From an uncultured Bacteroides sp. (GTDB lineage Bacteria > Bacteroidota > Bacteroidia > Bacteroidales > Muribaculaceae), in the NCBI GenBank assembly GCA_964554665.1, contig CAZKPP010000003.1, positions 5,194 to 69,193 of the forward strand: a stretch of 64,000 nucleotides of DNA, written 5' to 3'. The notes below the pieces were generated by a model. That model was given only the letters and a program-made list of their open reading frames with translations, was not told the DNA's origin and did not search any database. The first letter of the stretch is position 1. Each line of letters begins with the position of its first letter. A program made the translations under genes and the position numbers. Positions 30,116 through 40,075 of the stretch are shown one piece after another.

Positions 30116-31828
30116 ATGCACACAAAACATTATTTCAGCATTCTGACTATGGCCGGCCTGCTATCTTCGGCAGCGCTTACCGGTTGTGTCGACCAGGATT
30201 ATTCACTGGATGATATCGACATGGAGATGCAATTTCAGTTCAATGACCTGACATTACCCCTGAATTTAGCCCCGGTAAAACTCAGCACTTTCGTTGACCT
30301 TTCCGAGCAGGATAATGTAGAGATTGTTAACGGCGAATACGCTTTGGTCCGCACCGAAGAATTTTCGAGTAGCGACATTCACATTCAGGCCTTCCTTGCC
30401 CAACAGTCTGAAGTGAACCAGTCCAAAACCACGATTGACCTCCCGAAGGTTGTTCCCAATGTTGAGGCTCCCCTCCCCGGCTATGTTCACCAGTTTAATT
30501 ATGACTACAACGATGTTGATAAACACATTATAGACATTACCAGCGGCACTGTAGATATGAACTTCTCGATTACCATATCTACACAATTCAAAGATGGCGA
30601 CGTGCTCAACGCACAATTCCGCGACCTGAAATTTGTTCTGCCCAAAGGTTTCTATGGCACTTTGAGTACCGGCCAGACGATTGGCAAGAACAGCAGCAAT
30701 ATCGTTTCAATTTCCTCGGCTAAGGTTGATGCAAACGGCGAATTCAAGTTTAACTTCCACGTTACCGAGTTTGACCGCATCGCTGCCGGAGGTAGCATGT
30801 ATCCCGAACAGAACCGATTCACTCTTGCAACAAGCATGGGTATCGAAAGCGGCTACATTTCCTACACCAATGGCCCCACCGGCGCTGCCGTTATCGGTGT
30901 TGACGTAGAAATCTCCCCCCTTGAAATCCTCACTATCAACGGCAAGGTCGGTTATGAAATGACCGAATGGGACACCAAAGTTATGTTCGATAACCTCCCC
31001 ACGGTTTTGACCAGCTCCGAGACCAATATTTCGCTCTATAATCCGCAGCTTTATTTGACCCTCACCAATCCGCTCGGCACCTCGGCCCATGCGCTCACCG
31101 GCGTTGAAATCCGCCAGATTCGCGATGTTGTAAGCGATGAAGAGCTCGCTAAACTCAACGAGCTGGAAGTCAAAAGTATCGTTGAGCCGCAGAAATACTG
31201 CCTGCTTCCTCATCCCGACAAAGTGGTTGCATATCCCGGCTATGAAGATGCCGAGCCCGTGAAAATGGTTAATCTTGGCAACATCGTTGCCGGCAACGGT
31301 TTCCCCAAGGGGTTGTCGGTAAACTTTGTTAAACCCGGCTTCCCCGAACAGATAGTTACCGATTTCCCGCTTAACTTCGACGGTCGTATCGGTGGCAAAT
31401 ACACTTTGTTCGCTCCCATTCAGCTTGGCGACGGCTCTTCGATTTACTATTCGGAAAGAACCGACGGCTGGGACCTGTCGACCGACTCCGAAGAAATGGA
31501 CATCGAGAAGCTTATTCTCGAAGCAGACGTTACCAGCCATCTGCCCGTTAACGTTTTCTTCAGTGCAATTCCTGTCAACTCCGAGGGCCAGGAGATTCAG
31601 AACATCAAGATTAACAAAGTCGAAATTCCCGCAGGTCAGACCCATCATGTGGTGATTACCATGGAAGGCAACGTTACCGACCTCGACGGCATGGATTACA
31701 CTGCAAAACTCGTTTCGCCCGCAGACGCAAAGGTTCTGACTCCGGATTCATATCTCGACGTTAACAACCTGAAGATTCGCGTTACCGGTAACTATATCAT
31801 TAAAGAAGATAGCGACGACGAAGACTAA
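30116..31828 (+). CDS. uncharacterised lipoprotein, probably surface-exposed
   Basis: 570 aa. Lipobox LTGC followed by an acidic stretch VDQDYSLDDID (Bacteroidetes lipoprotein export signal-like). Beta-rich body and acidic tail KEDSDDED. Confidence 0.65.
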   Translation: MHTKHYFSILTMAGLLSSAALTGCVDQDYSLDDIDMEMQFQFNDLTLPLNLAPVKLSTFVDLSEQDNVEIVNGEYALVRTEEFSSSDIHIQAFLAQQSEVNQSKTTIDLPKVVPNVEAPLPGYVHQFNYDYNDVDKHIIDITSGTVDMNFSITISTQFKDGDVLNAQFRDLKFVLPKGFYGTLSTGQTIGKNSSNIVSISSAKVDANGEFKFNFHVTEFDRIAAGGSMYPEQNRFTLATSMGIESGYISYTNGPTGAAVIGVDVEISPLEILTINGKVGYEMTEWDTKVMFDNLPTVLTSSETNISLYNPQLYLTLTNPLGTSAHALTGVEIRQIRDVVSDEELAKLNELEVKSIVEPQKYCLLPHPDKVVAYPGYEDAEPVKMVNLGNIVAGNGFPKGLSVNFVKPGFPEQIVTDFPLNFDGRIGGKYTLFAPIQLGDGSSIYYSERTDGWDLSTDSEEMDIEKLILEADVTSHLPVNVFFSAIPVNSEGQEIQNIKINKVEIPAGQTHHVVITMEGNVTDLDGMDYTAKLVSPADAKVLTPDSYLDVNNLKIRVTGNYIIKEDSDDED

Positions 31829-31863
31829 TTTTAACCACACGCATAAACCTATAAACATTCACT

Positions 31864-33210
31864 ATGAAACTTACCAATAAATCGATATTGTGTGTGGCCA
31901 TGGCAACTGCCGCATTTACTGCCGCCGCACAAAGCCGTTCAGGCTATTTCCTCGATAACTACGCATATAATTACCAGCTCAACCCCGCTATGGGCCGCGA
32001 CGGAAAATATGACGTCGGCTTCCCCGGTTTGGGCAGCATGAACATCGGCGTTAACTCCAACATGGGGCTCAACACCTTCCTCTATCAGCAGGATGGCCGC
32101 ATGGTTACCTTCATGCACCCCGACATTTCGGCCGACGAAGCGATGAAGAAGTTTAAAAACGACCTTCGTCTCGGCTTTGAGCTGCGCGAAAACATTATCA
32201 ACGTAGGCTTCCGCGCTTTCGGCGGTTATAACCACATCAGCATCAACGCCGTGGCCGAAGCTCAGGTGCGTATGCCCAAAGCCCTGTTCTCGTTCGTCAA
32301 AGAGGGTGTCACCAACGGCAGCTACGAAATCGGCCGCATGGCAATCCAGGCCGGCGCTTACGGCGAAATCGCCTTCAACCACTCCCACGACCTGTCGAAG
32401 ATCGTTCCCGGACTGAAGGTGGGCGGCACTTTTAAATTCCTTGTGGGCATTGCCAACGCCGACCTTTATATGAACAGGGCTGACCTCAACCTCGGCGAAG
32501 ACTCATGGACCGCCACTACAGAGGGCGCGGCCAAAATGAGCATCAAAGGCTTTGACTGGAAAGTTAACGGCGACGGCCAGATCGACGATTACGAAATCGA
32601 CGGCTTCTCCGCTCCCAATGGCTACGGCATCGCTTTTGACTTAGGCGCAACCTACGAGTGGAAAGACTTCACATTCGGTCTCGCTTTTAACGACCTTGGC
32701 TTTATCAACTGGTCGAACACCGCAGTTGCCGGCATGGGTGGCGTTCACACTTTCGACTCCAACGACTATGTTCTCGACCCCGACGACATCGAAGATTCGT
32801 TTGACAAGATGAAAGATGACCTGACCTCGCTTTTCGATTTCAAACCCGATAGCGAAGCAACCAGCCACACCCGCGCTCTGGCCGCCACTATGAACGCCAG
32901 CGTTGAGTACACCCTGCCGATGTATAAACAAGTTAGCTTCGGCCTGTTGAACACCACCCGCATGGCCCGCAAGTTTGCCTGGACTGACTTCCGCTTCAGC
33001 GCCAACTATTTGCCGGTTAAGTGGCTCGGCCTCAACGTTAACTACGGCGTAGGCACCTTCGGCAGCCACTTCGGCTGGATGCTCAACATCGCCCCCAAGG
33101 GTTTCAACCTCTACGTAGGCATGGACCATACTCTCGGAACCCTGTCGAAGCAGTATGTACCCAAGAATCTTAACGGTCAGCTTTCGTTCGGCATCAACTT
33201 CCCGATTTAA
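31864..33210 (+). CDS. outer-membrane beta-barrel protein (DUF5723 / TraF-FadL-like by appearance)
   Basis: 448 aa with a signal peptide. N-terminal YFLDNYAYNYQLNPAMG is reminiscent of the PorP/SprF-type opening. C-terminus LSFGINFPI. Confidence 0.55.
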   Translation: MKLTNKSILCVAMATAAFTAAAQSRSGYFLDNYAYNYQLNPAMGRDGKYDVGFPGLGSMNIGVNSNMGLNTFLYQQDGRMVTFMHPDISADEAMKKFKNDLRLGFELRENIINVGFRAFGGYNHISINAVAEAQVRMPKALFSFVKEGVTNGSYEIGRMAIQAGAYGEIAFNHSHDLSKIVPGLKVGGTFKFLVGIANADLYMNRADLNLGEDSWTATTEGAAKMSIKGFDWKVNGDGQIDDYEIDGFSAPNGYGIAFDLGATYEWKDFTFGLAFNDLGFINWSNTAVAGMGGVHTFDSNDYVLDPDDIEDSFDKMKDDLTSLFDFKPDSEATSHTRALAATMNASVEYTLPMYKQVSFGLLNTTRMARKFAWTDFRFSANYLPVKWLGLNVNYGVGTFGSHFGWMLNIAPKGFNLYVGMDHTLGTLSKQYVPKNLNGQLSFGINFPI

Positions 33211-33231
33211 AAACTGATTGATTTAACTGAT

Positions 33232-33270
33232 GAGGGGAGCGGGCAAGTCCTGCTTCCCTCAATTTTTTTT
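33232..33270 (+). terminator. rho-independent terminator after the lipoprotein/barrel pair
   Basis: 9-bp stem gaggggagc (33232..33240) pairs with gcttccctc (33252..33260) with one G-U pair, followed by aa plus a T8 run. Confidence 0.65.
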
Positions 33271-33291
33271 GGTAATGTCGCCGAAAAGTGG

Positions 33292-33299
33292 TAATTTTG
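33292..33299 (+). promoter_or_regulatory. -7 promoter box TAATTTTG for the TPR gene chain
   Basis: Exact TAnnTTTG, 26 nt upstream of the ATG at 33325. Confidence 0.5.
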
Positions 33300-33324
33300 C
33301 GAGAATTATGAACAAAAAGAAAAT

Positions 33325-36204
33325 ATGAATCGCAAATCTATCATATCGGCCCTTCTGGCGCTGGGGGCAATCAGTGCTTCGGGCCAGATTAACCTGCCGC
33401 AATCTACCGGCTATCAGGCGCGCGCAGCGGCCATGTTGAGCCAGGGCAATTTCCGCGGGTGTATAGACCAGTGTAATGCCGGGCTTGAGCTTGCCGACGC
33501 CCCGCGTCAGCAGCTTTTGTGGCTGCGCGCGGTAGCTGCTTTCAACGGCGGATATGCCGAGGCTAAATCGCTGTTGGCCGCCTACGTAGGCCAGTTCCCG
33601 GCGGCTCCTAATGTGAACTCCGCGCGGCTGATGCTCGCAACCATAACATTCTACGACAAAGATTACCGCGCCGCCTTGGCTCAGTTTGAGGCCATAGACC
33701 CTCAGTCGCTCACCGACGATCAGGGCGAAGACCTGACCTATCGCAAGGCCTATTGCCTGATGATGACGCGCGAGTTTGAAAAAGCCGTTCCGCTAATGCA
33801 GGCATTGTCGGCCACCAAGCGCTACGGCGATTCCGCCCTCTTTTATGAGGCCTATATGGCGTTTGTTGATGGCGAATATCAATATGCCCTCGACCTATTC
33901 GAAAAATGCGACCGCACCAAGGCTCCCGGCGATATGGCCGACTACTATGTCGCGCAGATTCTTTTCCGTCAGGCCCGCTATGCCGACGCACTGAATCTTT
34001 TGATGCCGCTGATGGCGCGCCACGATGTTGACCCCGAATTTTCTGAAGAAATCAACCGCATTGCCGGTGAATGTTTCTATGCTTTGGGCGACGATAACCG
34101 CGCGATGGTTTATCTGAATCCATATATGGCCGCGCATCCCGACGATGCTCCCCTGAGCACGCGATATATTGTTGGCGTTGAGAGGTATCAGACCGGCGAT
34201 TACGATGAAGCGCTCGAACTGCTTGCTCCGGTTAGTTCGCTGACCGAGCAGATGGGTCAGAGTGCCTCGCTGACCATGGGCCAATGCTATCTGGCCAAGG
34301 GAAATACCAAGTCGGCGCTGATGATGTTCGACAAGGCAGCGGCTCTTGACCTCAACCCTACGATTACCGAACTCGCCTATTATAACTATGCGGTTGCGCA
34401 GGTCGACGGCGGCAGACTTCCGTTTGCCAACTCCGTTCAGACCCTCGAAAACTTCATCAAGCGCTATCCCAACAGCCGCTATGCCAACACCGTTCGCGAA
34501 TATCTTGTAAAAGGCTATATCGCCACTAACGACTACGAGGGAGCCCTGCGCTCGCTCCAGGCCATGAAGGGGGTAAACACCCCGGTGGTTGACCAGGCGC
34601 GCCAGCAGGTTAACTTCGTGCTCGGCACCCGCGCCCTTCAGGCCGGTAACCCCGCCAAGGCGATTTCCTATCTCAAGGACGCCGAAAAATATGCGTCGGC
34701 CAACGGCGACATCGCTCACCAGACCGCCCTTTGGCTCGGTGACGCTCTCTATGCTTCCGGCGACTATGGCCACGCCGCTTCGCAATACCGCAAATATCTG
34801 AACAAGGCAACTAAAAACGACGTTAACCGCTCAACGGCTCAATATAACCTGGCATACGCGCTTTTCGGTTCGCGAAATTACCCGGAAGCCCGCACGGCGT
34901 TTCAGACCGTTGTTAAAGATAAACATCTCGCCTCTGAAATTGCTGCCGACAGCTATAACCGCATAGGCGACACCTATTATTACCAAAAGCAACTGCAGGA
35001 GGCTAAGCGGGCCTACCGCTCGGCCTATGATGCCGACCGCCGTTCCGCCGATTATTCGCTGCTGCAGATTGCAATGATTGACGGGCATCTCGGCCAGCAC
35101 GCCGAAAAGTTGCAGAGCCTCGACGAACTTATTGCAAAATATCCCGGTTCGGCCCTGCGCCCGACGGCAATGACCGAAAAGGCTCTGGCCTACGTCGTTA
35201 CATCCAAAACCAAGAATGCGGTTGAAGTTTATAAGCAGCTTTTGGCAAGTTATCCGCAAACGTCGCACGGCCGCAATGCCCTGTTGCAGCTCGCAATTCT
35301 GAGCGACAACATCGGCGACCAGCAGGCTGCCCTCGGCTATTACCGCCGCGTGGTTTCCGAATATCCGACGAGCTCCGAAGCCGCTTTGGCCGTTGATGAT
35401 ATGAAGCGCATATATGGCGATAAAGGTAGTATCGACGAATTGAACTCATTTCTCGAATCAATTCAGGGTGCACCTCAGCTCGACGCCACCGAGCGCAATG
35501 CCATTGCTGCCGCAGGTTTGCTGCGCAAGGCTAAGGCTGCATCGACTGCCGACAGCCGTCTGGCAGCCGCCAACGAAATGCTGACCAAATATCCCGATGC
35601 CGACGGTATTGAAGATGCTCTGCAGATAGCAGCTGCGGCATACATGGAGCTCGGCATTTCCGACAAGGCGCTGACTACCTACGCACAACTCATTACCAAA
35701 GCTCCTAACGACGATGTGCGCCACAGTGCGCGCATGGGCATGCTCCGTGCAGCCGTTGATATGGACGACAACAGCAAGATACTTGATGTTACGGCAGATA
35801 TTCTCGGCAATCCGGTCATAGCCGGTTCGGATATTCCGGAAGTTAAGTTTGCCCGCGCCTCGGCACTGAAAGTCACCGGCCATGTTGACGAGGCGCTGAC
35901 CATTTGGGAGGAACTGTCGGCCTCGACTTCGACGCTCTACGGCGTGCGTTCCGCCTTTGAGCTGGCCGACCATGATTTTGCCGCCGGCAAGTTGCCCGAG
36001 GCATCGCAGCGTGCCGAAGCCATTATCGATGCCAACCCGCCGCATCCCTATTGGCTCGCCCGCACATTTATACTCTACAGCGATATTCTTCGCGCTCAAG
36101 GCTCCGATTTCGAGGCAGATGAATATCTTAGAGTGCTTCGCTCAAATTATCCCGGCAATGAACCGGATATTTTCCGTATGATTGATAAACGCCTGCCCCA
36201 ATGA
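33325..36204 (+). CDS. large tetratricopeptide-repeat protein (periplasmic, YbgF-like repeats)
   Basis: 959 aa. Signal peptide without a lipobox Cys. TPR-like helical repeats throughout (many A/Y/L-rich 34-aa units). Confidence 0.8.
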   Translation: MNRKSIISALLALGAISASGQINLPQSTGYQARAAAMLSQGNFRGCIDQCNAGLELADAPRQQLLWLRAVAAFNGGYAEAKSLLAAYVGQFPAAPNVNSARLMLATITFYDKDYRAALAQFEAIDPQSLTDDQGEDLTYRKAYCLMMTREFEKAVPLMQALSATKRYGDSALFYEAYMAFVDGEYQYALDLFEKCDRTKAPGDMADYYVAQILFRQARYADALNLLMPLMARHDVDPEFSEEINRIAGECFYALGDDNRAMVYLNPYMAAHPDDAPLSTRYIVGVERYQTGDYDEALELLAPVSSLTEQMGQSASLTMGQCYLAKGNTKSALMMFDKAAALDLNPTITELAYYNYAVAQVDGGRLPFANSVQTLENFIKRYPNSRYANTVREYLVKGYIATNDYEGALRSLQAMKGVNTPVVDQARQQVNFVLGTRALQAGNPAKAISYLKDAEKYASANGDIAHQTALWLGDALYASGDYGHAASQYRKYLNKATKNDVNRSTAQYNLAYALFGSRNYPEARTAFQTVVKDKHLASEIAADSYNRIGDTYYYQKQLQEAKRAYRSAYDADRRSADYSLLQIAMIDGHLGQHAEKLQSLDELIAKYPGSALRPTAMTEKALAYVVTSKTKNAVEVYKQLLASYPQTSHGRNALLQLAILSDNIGDQQAALGYYRRVVSEYPTSSEAALAVDDMKRIYGDKGSIDELNSFLESIQGAPQLDATERNAIAAAGLLRKAKAASTADSRLAAANEMLTKYPDADGIEDALQIAAAAYMELGISDKALTTYAQLITKAPNDDVRHSARMGMLRAAVDMDDNSKILDVTADILGNPVIAGSDIPEVKFARASALKVTGHVDEALTIWEELSASTSTLYGVRSAFELADHDFAAGKLPEASQRAEAIIDANPPHPYWLARTFILYSDILRAQGSDFEADEYLRVLRSNYPGNEPDIFRMIDKRLPQ

Positions 36205-37838
36205 ATAAACGAAATCTGATTCTCATATTCGCCCAACTGCTCCCGGCAATTGCGTTTGCCCAGGATTTGAACACGCAAATTACGGTTGACCACGAAGTCG
36301 TTCCCGAGGAACGCGCCGCAACCCGTTTGCGCCTGTTGCCCAAATTGTCGCTTCCCAAAGTAGATGTTACCCGCCTTCCGGTCGCATCGCGCTTTGTGCA
36401 GGCAGAGCTGTCCCCCTTTATCAACCCCCTTGGTCCTACGGAATATCTCACCCAAGCGCGCGAATATCCGTGGCGAGGCTATGCCATGCTCGGCTATGGC
36501 CCTGTCTATAACCTCGATGCGTCGTTGGGCTACCGGTTTGTGGACACCCGCGAACTTTCGGTCGACGGATTCCTGCAGTTCAACGGCATGAGCTATACAC
36601 GCGGCTACGCCGGCTTGCCCGAATTTATGGGCGATTACACCGACAAGGCTTGTTTTCGCCGTCAGGCAGTTCTCGGCGGCGCAAATTCGACGTGGACAAC
36701 CGCTGCCGGAGCGCTGAATGCGTCGGTGATGTATCAATATCAGGGCTACACTTTCCCGATTCTGCAATTGCAGCAGCCGCCGGTCACCGACCATAATAAC
36801 ATTGATGCCTCGCGCGCAAAAGTCAACCTGCAGTGGGCATCGAAGGTCAAGGATTTTGACTATACCGTAGGGGCCGATTACTCTATGGTTTACCTCGGCA
36901 AAGGGAACGCTACGAACAATCGCGGCATCCTGTCGGCCGGCGGCAAATGGCATTCGTCGTCGAAGTCGGTGGTTGGGGTTGATCTGCGATTCTCGCTCGA
37001 TAATTCGGCCCTGGTCGGCTATAAAGGTATCCTGCATATTTTGCCGCGCTATAGTTTCAGCGTCAGCACGTTCAAGGTAGGTGTCGGCGTGGATGTCGAC
37101 ATAAAGACCGGCAACTGCCCGGCGTCGAACACTCTTCTTGTGGCTCCTGACCTTAATCTGGTTTGGCAGCCCTCGGCATTCTTCAATGTCTGGGGCAAGA
37201 TTTCGGGACGCATGGACGATAACTTCCGTGGCGCCATTCTCGACGAGCAGCCATATCTTCTCGCAGACTTCGATGCCGGAATATCGCGCATCTACGACGG
37301 CGAATTAGGTTTAACCGTCGGCCCGTTCCGCGGTTTTGCGCTTCAATTGTTCGGTGGCTACACCATAGTCCAAGATTGGTATATGCCGGCAATTGAAACA
37401 GGCTACATGGCTCCCATGGACGTTAAGGGCTTCCGTTGGGGCGCGTCGGTCAGCTACGATTGGCGCCGCTTCCTGTCTATTGGCGCCCGCCTGGATATGG
37501 CTCAAAGCCCGCGCGGCGATTATGAGCGCGGCTACGCATTGTGGCGCGACCACGCCAAGCTGAACTTGACTACAAACGTAGTTGTCCGCCCCATAGATAA
37601 ACTGGAAATCGGGTTGAACTACCATCTGCGTTCCGGTCGCGAAAAAACTCTCGGGGCAGACCGAAACCTCAACCTCCGCAATATCTCAAACCTCTCGGCC
37701 TCGGTTAATTACAACATTACCCCGCAATGGTCGGCATTTGTTCGCGGCGAGAACCTGCTGAACAAAAACTGGTATCTGGGCCCGGCGGTTCCCTGTCAGG
37801 GAATCATGGGCATGATTGGTGCATCTTATAAATTCTAA
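36201..37838 (+). CDS. plug-less TonB-dependent-receptor-like outer-membrane beta-barrel
   Basis: 545 aa with a signal peptide and no plug or TonB box seen. C-terminal RGENLLNKNWY...GASYKF resembles TBDR terminal strands. ATGA overlap with the TPR gene. Confidence 0.6.
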   Translation: MNKRNLILIFAQLLPAIAFAQDLNTQITVDHEVVPEERAATRLRLLPKLSLPKVDVTRLPVASRFVQAELSPFINPLGPTEYLTQAREYPWRGYAMLGYGPVYNLDASLGYRFVDTRELSVDGFLQFNGMSYTRGYAGLPEFMGDYTDKACFRRQAVLGGANSTWTTAAGALNASVMYQYQGYTFPILQLQQPPVTDHNNIDASRAKVNLQWASKVKDFDYTVGADYSMVYLGKGNATNNRGILSAGGKWHSSSKSVVGVDLRFSLDNSALVGYKGILHILPRYSFSVSTFKVGVGVDVDIKTGNCPASNTLLVAPDLNLVWQPSAFFNVWGKISGRMDDNFRGAILDEQPYLLADFDAGISRIYDGELGLTVGPFRGFALQLFGGYTIVQDWYMPAIETGYMAPMDVKGFRWGASVSYDWRRFLSIGARLDMAQSPRGDYERGYALWRDHAKLNLTTNVVVRPIDKLEIGLNYHLRSGREKTLGADRNLNLRNISNLSASVNYNITPQWSAFVRGENLLNKNWYLGPAVPCQGIMGMIGASYKF

Positions 37839-37842
37839 ATAT

Positions 37843-38496
37843 ATGGAAATCAATAATCTAACACAAAGCAATTCACTCCTGAGTCAGTATATGATGGAGT
37901 TGCGCGATGTCAACGTACACTCCGACATGTTGCGCTTCCGCCGAAATCTCGAACGCATCGGCGAGATTATGGCCTACGAAATCTCGAAAACACTGGCCTA
38001 TTCGCCGCGAGAAATTCAAACTCCGCTGGCTCCGTGCGTGTGTCAGGAACTGTCGGAAAAAGTAGTGCTGGCAACCATTTTCCGCGCCGGGCTTCCTTTT
38101 CATCAGGGATTCCTTAACTATTTCGACCACTCGGAAAATGCCTTCGTTTCGGCCTACAGAAAATATAAGGAAAAAGAGAATTTCGATGTGTTTATCGAAT
38201 ATATCGCCTCGCCCGACCTCAACGGCAAAACGGTAATTCTATGCGATCCGATGCTCGCCACCGGCACATCCATGGAATTGAGCTACCGCGCTCTGCTGAC
38301 CAAAGGAAATCCGGCCCACATTCATGTTGCCTCTGTGATTGCTTCCGAAGCTGCGGTTGAGTATATCAAGAAAACCTTCCCCGAAGATAAAACCACGGTT
38401 TGGTGCGCAGCAATAGACCCGAAAATCAACGACCATTCTTACATTGTGCCCGGCCTGGGCGACGCCGGAGACCTTGCCTACGGCGAAAAACTATGA
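37843..38496 (+). CDS. upp: uracil phosphoribosyltransferase
   Basis: 217 aa from the ATG at 37843. PRPP-binding VILCDPMLATGTS and C-terminal YIVPGLGDAGDLAYG. Confidence 0.9.
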   Translation: MEINNLTQSNSLLSQYMMELRDVNVHSDMLRFRRNLERIGEIMAYEISKTLAYSPREIQTPLAPCVCQELSEKVVLATIFRAGLPFHQGFLNYFDHSENAFVSAYRKYKEKENFDVFIEYIASPDLNGKTVILCDPMLATGTSMELSYRALLTKGNPAHIHVASVIASEAAVEYIKKTFPEDKTTVWCAAIDPKINDHSYIVPGLGDAGDLAYGEKL

Positions 38497-38822
38497 CCCG
38501 GATAGTCCAAACGCTTGACCTGATTGACGATGCCGAGCTGATTGACTTTTACCTGAAAGCTCATCAGCAGGTATGGCCCGAAGTGACTGAAGGTATTCGG
38601 AGCGTCGGCATAACCCGCATGGATATTTTTCGCGAGGGAACCCGGTTGGTCATGATTCTTGAGTTGGCCGACGGAGTGGACCGCGACGAAGCTATGGCGA
38701 AACTCGCAACCTTGCCTCGTCAGGCCGAATGGGAAGAGTATGTCGGCAAAGCGCAGGCCTGTCTGCCCGGCAGCAGTTCCGGTGCTAAGTGGCGCCCCAT
38801 GGACCAAATTTTCAAGCTATGA
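38493..38822 (+). CDS. rhamnose-mutarotase-family (DUF718) sugar mutarotase
   Basis: 109 aa from the ATG at 38493 (ATGA overlap with upp). YLKAHQQVWPEVTEGIRSVGITRMDIFREGTRLVMILE is typical of the family. Confidence 0.75.
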   Translation: MTRIVQTLDLIDDAELIDFYLKAHQQVWPEVTEGIRSVGITRMDIFREGTRLVMILELADGVDRDEAMAKLATLPRQAEWEEYVGKAQACLPGSSSGAKWRPMDQIFKL

Positions 38823-40075
38823 ATAATACAAAGAAAACTTACATTTTGCCGTTCATTCTGGTAACGATGCTCTTTTTGCTTTGGGGCATCGCCAACAATA
38901 TGAACGACACCCTGTTGGCGGCCTTCAAGCGCATAATGTCGATGAACGACCTTCAAACGTCGCTCGTGCAATTTGCGTTCTATGGCTCTTATTTCTGCTT
39001 TGCCATACCTGCCGCCCTGTTTATTAGAAAGTTCAGCTACAAAACCGGCATTATTTTAGGGCTTCTGCTTTATGCCGCCGGCACTATGCTGTTCACTCCG
39101 GCGGGACACTCGGCCAGCTACGGGTTCTTTTTGATAGCCATTTATGTTATGGCCGGCGGCTGCTCAATTCTTGAAACTACCGCCAACCCGCTGATAATGG
39201 CGTTGGGTACCCCCGAAACCGCTACGCGTCGACTGAATATTGCCCAGGCATTTAACCCGATTGGTGCCATAATCGGCATTTTGCTGAGCAGATATTTTAT
39301 TCTTTCTGAACTCAACGAGGCCGGAACTGCCGAGCGAGGTGCAATGTCGCAGTCGGAATTGGCTAATATGCAGATGCACGAGCTGAATGCAATTTCCGAA
39401 ACCTATCTGCTTATCGGGGTGGTGCTGATTGTGTTGACCGTTATCATTGCCCTGACCAAAATGCCTGCCGACCGCGACACCTCGCGCATAGAATCTTCGG
39501 TCGGCTCGATTGTGCGCTCGTTATGGAACAACCGCCGTTACCGCTATGGCGTTATCGCGCAGTTCTTCTATGTCGGCGCTCAGACTTGCGTATGGTCTTT
39601 CTCAATCCGTCTGGCAATGAGCGAGCTCGGCATCCGCGAAGATGCCGCCAGCACTTACTTCCTCATAGCCATCGTGTTGTTTACCCTTAACCGATTCGTG
39701 TTCACCGCGCTGATGAAATATTACCGGCCGGCTGTGCTGATGTCGGTTTCAACAGTCGGGGCAATACTATCGACTTTGGCTGTTATTTTCGGCTCCGGAA
39801 TGGTATCGGTTGTCGGCCTTGTTTTAATTTCGGCATTCATGAGTCTGATGTTCCCGACTATTTATGGTCTTTCGCTCGAAGGCATAACCGGTTCGACCGC
39901 CAAGCTCGCTTCGTCGGGCCTGATAATGTCGATTGTCGGCGGTGCGCTAATCACTCCGCTTCAGGGCCTTATCAGCGACCGTGCCGGCGATATTGCAATT
40001 TCATTTTTAGTTCCGCTCTTCTGTTTCATCATTATTTTAATCTATTCTGTTAAAAATATCTATGCAAGAAGATAA
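38819..40075 (+). CDS. fucP: L-fucose:H+ symporter-type MFS permease (FucP / glucose-galactose transporter family)
   Basis: 418 aa from the ATG at 38819 (overlaps the mutarotase stop). FILVTMLFLLWGIANNMNDTLLAAFK opening is typical of FucP. Confidence 0.8.
   Translation: MNNTKKTYILPFILVTMLFLLWGIANNMNDTLLAAFKRIMSMNDLQTSLVQFAFYGSYFCFAIPAALFIRKFSYKTGIILGLLLYAAGTMLFTPAGHSASYGFFLIAIYVMAGGCSILETTANPLIMALGTPETATRRLNIAQAFNPIGAIIGILLSRYFILSELNEAGTAERGAMSQSELANMQMHELNAISETYLLIGVVLIVLTVIIALTKMPADRDTSRIESSVGSIVRSLWNNRRYRYGVIAQFFYVGAQTCVWSFSIRLAMSELGIREDAASTYFLIAIVLFTLNRFVFTALMKYYRPAVLMSVSTVGAILSTLAVIFGSGMVSVVGLVLISAFMSLMFPTIYGLSLEGITGSTAKLASSGLIMSIVGGALITPLQGLISDRAGDIAISFLVPLFCFIIILIYSVKNIYARR

Noticed and set aside
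33308-33328. Six-codon upstream ORF (MNKKKI) whose TGA overlaps the ATG of the TPR gene (ATATGA).
   Set aside because: It is too short to evaluate and sits in A-rich leader sequence where such mini-ORFs arise by chance. There is no supporting structure or conservation I can see from one sequence.
33325-36204. Large TPR protein considered as the T9SS component PorW/SprE.
   Set aside because: PorW/SprE is a lipoprotein, and this protein has a signal peptide with no lipobox cysteine. I see no other specific similarity, so it stays a generic TPR protein.
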